Of a stretch of DNA of 64,000 nt, positions 63,645-64,000 are shown piece by piece. The position numbers and the translations under genes were made by a program. The stretch is taken from NCBI RefSeq assembly GCF_963921235.1, contig NC_086108.1, positions 54,810,001 through 54,874,000 on the forward strand, read 5' to 3'. Position 1 is the stretch's first letter; each line of letters starts with the position of its first letter. The DNA is from Mobula hypostoma. Lineage: Eukaryota. Below the pieces are notes generated by a model. The model was not told where the DNA came from. It was given only the letters and a program-made list of their open reading frames with translations, and made no database searches.

Positions 63645-64000
63645 AGATTGATCAACACTGGTGCACCTCAGGGGTGTGTGCTTAGTACACTGCTCTACTC
63701 TCTCCATACCCATGACTGTGTGGCTAGGCATAGCTCAAATACCATCTATAAATTTGCTGATGATACAACCATTTTTGGTAGAATCTCAGATGGTGACAAG
63801 GGGGCGTACAGGAGTGAGATATGCCAACTAGTGGAGTGGTGTTGCAGCAACAACCTGGCACTCAACGTCAGTATGACGAAAGAGCTGATTGTGGACTTCA
63901 GGAATGGTAAGATGAAGGAACATGTACCAATCCTCATTGGAGAAAGTGAGCAGTTTCAAGTTCCTGGGTGTTAAGATCTCTAAGGATCTAACCTGGTCCC
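63645..64000 (+). mobile_element. Rex1/Babar-like LINE RT fragment, running off the window
   Basis: NTGAPQGCVLSTLLYSLHTHDC...YKFADDTT...LNVSMTKELIVDFR. Confidence 0.85.

Overview
Vertebrate genomic DNA, not prokaryotic. The repeat families suggest a cartilaginous fish (inference). Two host genes lie on the + strand. One is the last coding exon and 3' UTR of DNAJC6/auxilin (3872-3973). The other is a complete four-exon LEPROT gene (22534-42359, 131 aa) with a CpG-rich, multi-CCAAT promoter. This matches the DNAJC6-LEPROT-LEPR order known in other vertebrates, but no LEPR coding exon was recognised in the window. The rest is mostly transposable-element remnants: many CR1 LINEs (one deeply nested cluster at about 8.3-21.5 kb), Penelope-like elements (PLEs), Rex1/Babar, L1/Tx1 and RTE fragments, a V-SINE, mariner and Tc1 elements, a decayed Gypsy provirus and a solo LTR. 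The most notable signal is a family of PLE-derived mini-elements. Their shared terminal sequence contains a minimal type-I hammerhead ribozyme motif (CUGAYGA-stem II-GAAAC-GUC). Copies occur as separate insertions with 11-16 bp target-site duplications (TSDs). They include a 241-bp palindrome with two back-to-back hammerheads and several copies whose 5' ends fall at ribozyme stem I. All calls are by eye; no database search or folding program was run.
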